Shown in pieces: positions 6,820-10,400 of a stretch of DNA of 10,400 nt. The position numbers and the translations under genes were made by a program. The stretch is from NCBI GenBank assembly GCA_037443265.1, contig JBBIOR010000035.1, positions 1-10,400 of the forward strand. The letters are read 5' to 3'. The DNA comes from Candidatus Fraserbacteria bacterium. Its GTDB lineage: Bacteria; Bipolaricaulota; Bipolaricaulia; RBG-16-55-9. Below the pieces are notes generated by a model. That model was not told the origin of the DNA. It saw only the letters and a program-made list of their open reading frames with translations, and did no database searches. Position 1 is the stretch's first letter, and the number at the start of each line of letters is the position of its first letter.

Positions 6820-7931
6820 GGCGTCTTGTCTTTAGCTTCGATGCGATGAGCCAGGCGTTCCCAGACGGCGTTCAAGGCCCCGCGCGTCTTAAGATGCAGC
6901 GCTTCCCCGGCTGCCAGTAGACGCGCGCGGATCGTCTCATAAGCGCCATTCAGCTTCATTATGGCCTCTGTGAGGACCATGTCCTGGGTCTCCAGTTGAG
7001 CAGGCGTCAAGCAGGGAATTTTCAGCTGGCAGACTCCTTCAATCTGCTTCAGAAAACCCTCGATCTTCGGGCCGTTACCTAGGGCGAGAAAGGGCCGAGC
7101 GGCCAGCAGAGCAAAGATGAGCGCGTGGAGTCGCATGCCGATCACGGCCTGAGTCTGGCTGAAGCACTCGATTGCTGCAGGCATCGTCGCCCCGGTTGGA
7201 TTGAGCACTAGAGCAGGCCGTCGCAGGCGCGCCGCGATCTCCTCTATGTCTCTAAGGTCCTCGCTGGGGTGAAGCGCCATGAAGACGATCTTCACGCTCT
7301 TTTTTTCACTCAGGCCATCGAGCTGCCGCACGATCGATTCCTTGATGCCATCGGAGACACCTCCCTTGAGGCAGACGGCCACCGAAGGGCGAGCCACCGG
7401 AGGAGCTTCACGGAGAGTCTTCCCTTGGGGCCATAGCAAAAGTGCGAGATCTCCTCCCAACAGCAAGCGCTCTTCTGGCACCCCCCAAGCGCGTAGCAGC
7501 CTCAAGCTCAGCTCATCCCGCACCAGGGCGAACTCGACTCCCTGTAACAGCCGCCTCGCCCAGGATCGCAGAAGATAGCTGCGAAGAGGCCCGATCCCTT
7601 GGCCGACCACAAGCACGGGACATCGCCGACGGGCCATCGCCATCAAGGCCAAATAATAGCAGGCTGAGCGGCGGCTCGTCTGATCTTGGATGAGCCCGCC
7701 CCCGCCACTCAGAAAGGCCGTAGCATCCTGGAGCTCTCGTTGAATATTAAAAGGATTCCAGCGATCGATCGCCCGCACGCCATAGCGACGGGCCGTCTCG
7801 CTCGGCGTGGCAGAGAGGACCACGATCTCCGCCTGCGCAAAGCGCTCGCGCAGCGCCCCTATCAAGGCCGTCAATATGGCCTCATCGCCGAGGTTGCCGA
7901 AGCCATAATATCCCGAGATCAAGAGTTTCAC
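6816..7931 (-). CDS. csaB: Polysaccharide pyruvyl transferase CsaB, 371 aa
   Basis: GTG start; ISGYYGFGNLGDEAIL, SGGGGLIQDQTS..S..YY, GQGIGPL, VRDELS and IGMRLHALIFA are diagnostic CsaB motifs; stop overlaps the rsmH start (ATGA at 6816-6819). Confidence 0.93.
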   Translation of the reverse strand: MKLLISGYYGFGNLGDEAILTALIGALRERFAQAEIVVLSATPSETARRYGVRAIDRWNPFNIQRELQDATAFLSGGGGLIQDQTSRRSACYYLALMAMARRRCPVLVVGQGIGPLRSYLLRSWARRLLQGVEFALVRDELSLRLLRAWGVPEERLLLGGDLALLLWPQGKTLREAPPVARPSVAVCLKGGVSDGIKESIVRQLDGLSEKKSVKIVFMALHPSEDLRDIEEIAARLRRPALVLNPTGATMPAAIECFSQTQAVIGMRLHALIFALLAARPFLALGNGPKIEGFLKQIEGVCQLKIPCLTPAQLETQDMVLTEAIMKLNGAYETIRARLLAAGEALHLKTRGALNAVWERLAHRIEAKDKTP

Positions 7932-7943
7932 GCCCGATCCAGT

Positions 7944-9566
7944 CTACCGAGCGGAGCCAGAGAAGTCGAAGAGTCGGCGAAGAGAGCGGTGCAGAAGCCA
8001 TCCCAAGGCAGCTCCTAGCCACAGGCCGTGGGCCGTTCGAGTTAGAGTCACAAGAAGCGGGGTATGCAGGTGCACGAAGCTGTTGATGATCGAGACTTGG
8101 CCGATCACCCCGGCCAAGAGGAGGGGCAATGCCCAGGGGCGGCCACGGCGCACGCCCAGCCCGCCCCAGAGGAGGAGCAGTGGATGCCCAATAAGAAATT
8201 CCTTGAAGCGCGGACGAATAATGAGAAATTCTTCCAGCCGGCTCCTCAACTGGATCTCGAGTTCCGAAGCAGGCCAGAGCGCAAGATTTCCGCTACGGAC
8301 GAGCACGACGGTGAGAAGCACGCCCAAGGCCGCCCAAAGGAGCCCAGCGCGCACTTGAAACGAGCGGCGCTCCATCTGGTGTAGCGAAAGAAGCGCGATG
8401 AACAATAGGGGCGCGATGAGAGCCAGCTTTACGCCCTGGAATTCTTCAATTTGCAAGAAATACGCCTCTGTGCTCAAGAAGGCTGCGGCTCCCAAGCCCC
8501 CGAGCGCGGAACTCGCGGAAAAAGCCAGCCAGAAGAGCAGGCCATTCCCCTGAAGAGAGCGTCGTTCGCTCAAGAGAGCGAAGGCTGCTACAGGCACGAG
8601 AATCGCCGCCAGCAGAGCTGCTCCCGGGCGAGTGATTGCGGGCAACTCCAAGAACCCGATCAGCCCGGCCAAAGCTCCCAGCAGCCAGAGCCACACCCGC
8701 CAAAAGGGCGAGAACCACGCACATCTTCCCATCAGCAAAACAGACAGACTGACCAGTCCCAGCCACAGGAAGATCAACGCCCAGAAGCCGACCGCAAAAG
8801 GCGCTGGCCTGGAGGGCTCGCCCAACTCAAAGCCCACGCGCCGCAGCTCATGCTGAAGCGCTGTGAATTCTTCGATGACCTGCTCTAAGTTCAGCACTCT
8901 AAGCTCTAGCAGGCGCACATTGCGCTCCACCACCGCCCGCCGATAGCGATCCACCAGGGCCGTCTCGCTCAAAAGGGTTCGTTCCTCCAGCCTTAGCGTA
9001 TGGACACGCACAAACGCACGAAAGCCTTGTTGATAGAGCTGATCGACTCCGACTGGGCTCTGGAACTCGATGACTCCCACAAGCCGCGCGCGCTCTTTAA
9101 GCCGAGGGCGAAGCACTTCCAAGTGCTCAGGCATAAGTGCAAAGGGATGGCTCAGTACCAGCCCGCGTGGATCCATCTGAAAGAGCACTTTCAGAAGAGG
9201 CTCGAACTTTTCAGGGGGCACCCACAGATCGAGCCTCCAGAAGAGCGAGAATCCCTGCTCGCTCAAGCGTTCTAGCTCAGCGCCAGAGATGATAGCCGCC
9301 TCGGGACTTGCAAGAGAGAATTGCCGTTGAAGCTCAAACACGTCTTGAGGCGAGACGATCAAGATCCGCAGGCCGCGCCCTTGGAGCTCCCTGAGCACTT
9401 CTTGAGCGGCGCCTTGTGAAAGCCTAAAGAGATCACCGAGATTGAGCGCAATCGCTATTTGATTAAAGTCTCGTTCCCAGCCGATGCGAGCGCCACCGAT
9501 GGCCAGGGATACGAGGACGGCCAACCCCACTATCAGCCCAAGAGCTCTCATGAAAAATCGCATCAT
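7944..9566 (-). CDS. DUF5693 family multi-pass membrane protein (csaB-associated), ~540 aa
   Basis: N-terminal TM, a soluble domain (RAVVERNVRLL), then multiple TM helices with FQGVKL, RPRFKEFLIGHP and SIINSFVHLHTPL, recalled as DUF5693 motifs; ends 12 nt before csaB. Start uncertain: TTG 9602 (ORF track) or ATG 9566/9563/9551. Confidence 0.82.
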   Translation of the reverse strand: MMRFFMRALGLIVGLAVLVSLAIGGARIGWERDFNQIAIALNLGDLFRLSQGAAQEVLRELQGRGLRILIVSPQDVFELQRQFSLASPEAAIISGAELERLSEQGFSLFWRLDLWVPPEKFEPLLKVLFQMDPRGLVLSHPFALMPEHLEVLRPRLKERARLVGVIEFQSPVGVDQLYQQGFRAFVRVHTLRLEERTLLSETALVDRYRRAVVERNVRLLELRVLNLEQVIEEFTALQHELRRVGFELGEPSRPAPFAVGFWALIFLWLGLVSLSVLLMGRCAWFSPFWRVWLWLLGALAGLIGFLELPAITRPGAALLAAILVPVAAFALLSERRSLQGNGLLFWLAFSASSALGGLGAAAFLSTEAYFLQIEEFQGVKLALIAPLLFIALLSLHQMERRSFQVRAGLLWAALGVLLTVVLVRSGNLALWPASELEIQLRSRLEEFLIIRPRFKEFLIGHPLLLLWGGLGVRRGRPWALPLLLAGVIGQVSIINSFVHLHTPLLVTLTRTAHGLWLGAALGWLLHRSLRRLFDFSGSAR

Positions 9567-9572
9567 TCGTTC

Positions 9573-9602
9573 ATTAAAGCCCGTAAGCTCTCCCAACGTC
9601 AA
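9573..9602 (-). promoter_or_regulatory. Possible promoter for the DUF5693-csaB-rsmH-ftsL-ftsI cluster
   Basis: TTGACG (9602-9597), 18-nt spacer, TTTAAT (9578-9573), 6 nt, then ATG 9566. The -10 lacks the conserved second-position A. Confidence 0.4.
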
Positions 9603-9675
9603 AGGGTCCTGTCTTTTGTGACAGAAGTCCCTCAGGCTCCAGACACATCCGTCTTTGGCCCTCGACCCGGAGTCC

Positions 9676-9704
9676 TTGGGCGCAGCCTCTCATGCCGTTA
9701 CACT
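9676..9704 (+). promoter_or_regulatory. Possible sigma70-type promoter for the beta-barrel gene
   Basis: TTGGGC (9676-9681), 17-nt spacer, TACACT (9699-9704), upstream of SD AAAGGAG (9743-9749). Confidence 0.4.
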
Positions 9705-9754
9705 CAAGCCACTCCAGCGTGAATGATTGTTCTTTTGAGAAGAAAGGAGACAGG

Positions 9755-10219
9755 ATGCGCCATTGGATCGTCCTTGGTGTAGTCTTCTGGGCCCTGGGAG
9801 GATGGGCGGGGCAGGCCGGCCCCATGCCGGATCCTTCTCAAGAGCGCGGATTGGGATTCGGATTAGCTGTGACGGCGCCTTTTGTGCCTCCGAACACCTT
9901 CCCGGCCTCAGGGTTTTCCACCCGACTGTGGATCGCTGATCTCTTCGGCTTTTCAGCTACGATCTTCGTCGTCGAGAGTGCTCCCAGTGCCACAGCTCGG
10001 GCCTTCCTCAAGTTCTTGAACACCCCCATAGTGGATCTTTATGTGGGCACCGGTGCGGCCTTCTTTATGAGCACCGGGATGCTCGTCGTCCCTCTCCAAG
10101 CTGTGACGGGCATTGAGATCCGGCTGACCCCCAATATCGCGCTCGAGGCCGAAGTCGGACTGCTCTTCCGTGGGGTAAGCGAGGTCACCTCGGGATTGGG
10201 GTTCCACTTCTATTTGTGA
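9755..10219 (+). CDS. Small secreted protein, predicted ~8-stranded outer-membrane beta-barrel, 154 aa
   Basis: Strong SD AAAGGAG 5 nt before ATG 9755, preferred over the 9692 start; signal-peptide-like N-terminus; alternating amphipathic Gly/aromatic strands (GLGFGLAV, GFSTRLWI, LYVGTGA, VTGIEIRL, IALEAEVG); C-terminal strand GLGFHFYL. Confidence 0.7.
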   Translation: MRHWIVLGVVFWALGGWAGQAGPMPDPSQERGLGFGLAVTAPFVPPNTFPASGFSTRLWIADLFGFSATIFVVESAPSATARAFLKFLNTPIVDLYVGTGAAFFMSTGMLVVPLQAVTGIEIRLTPNIALEAEVGLLFRGVSEVTSGLGFHFYL

Positions 10220-10252
10220 GATAAGCTCGTGTCAAGACGTGCCATCCACTAG

Positions 10253-10281
10253 TTGCCTCCCTTGGGTCAATGGGCTATGAT
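10253..10281 (+). promoter_or_regulatory. Predicted sigma70-type promoter of recA
   Basis: TTGCCT (10253-10258), 17-nt spacer, TATGAT (10276-10281); SD GGGAGGT at 10298-10304. Confidence 0.65.
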
Positions 10282-10303
10282 GATGCCAGCCGCCCAAGGG
10301 AGG
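10256..10303. repeat. Perfect 11-bp inverted repeat spanning the recA promoter and ribosome-binding site
   Basis: CCTCCCTTGGG (10256-10266) and CCCAAGGGAGG (10293-10303), separated by a 26-nt spacer. Confidence 0.85.
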
Positions 10304-10312
10304 TCTTGCATT

Positions 10313-10400
10313 ATGGGAAAGAAGGAAGTCCTGAATTCCGTCTTAGAGCAGATCAAGAGGCGCTATGGGGAGGGCTCGATCATGTGGCTGGGGGAGTCGG
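10313..10400 (+). CDS. recA: Recombinase RecA, N-terminal 29 codons, truncated by window edge
   Basis: Hand translation MGKKEVLNSVLEQIKRRYGEGSIMWLGES matches the RecA N-terminal pattern K.KAL..AL.QIEK.FGKGSIM.LG; strong SD 8 nt upstream. Confidence 0.88.
   Translation, partial: MGKKEVLNSVLEQIKRRYGEGSIMWLGES

Noticed and set aside
3805..9722. Numerous plus-strand and alternate-frame ORFs over ftsI, ftsL, rsmH, csaB and DUF5693
   Set aside because: They overlap well-supported genes and lack motifs or SDs; expected in GC-rich DNA.
9692..9754. Upstream start for the beta-barrel gene given by the ORF track
   Set aside because: The strong SD and signal peptide fit ATG 9755; the extension overlaps the predicted promoter.
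10220..10312. Known LexA box upstream of recA
   Set aside because: Neither GAAC-N4-GTTC nor CTGT-N8-ACAG is present in this interval.

Overview
A GC-rich bacterial chromosomal window of housekeeping and envelope genes, with no mobile element, CRISPR array, tRNA or rRNA recognised. From left to right: a minus-strand yraN-comM(yifB) pair with its own sigma70-type promoter (comM runs off the left edge); a secreted or anchored right-handed parallel beta-helix (NosD/CASH-like) protein; a ~220-nt divergent intergenic region almost filled by a ~160-nt imperfect rod-like hairpin that folds best on the minus strand; a secreted ConA-like beta-sandwich protein; a minus-strand cluster DUF5693-csaB-rsmH-ftsL-ftsI; a small predicted outer-membrane beta-barrel protein; and the start of recA (runs off the right edge). 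The cluster is an unusual dcw fragment: cell-wall pyruvylation genes sit where mraZ normally is, and it stops after ftsI. The most notable signals are the long intergenic hairpin (candidate ncRNA, leader switch or palindromic element), an 11-bp inverted repeat that could hide the recA ribosome-binding site only in read-through transcripts, and the csaB/DUF5693-dcw linkage next to a beta-barrel gene. The gene content suggests a diderm Terrabacteria-type envelope; this is inference only and the taxon cannot be fixed from this window.
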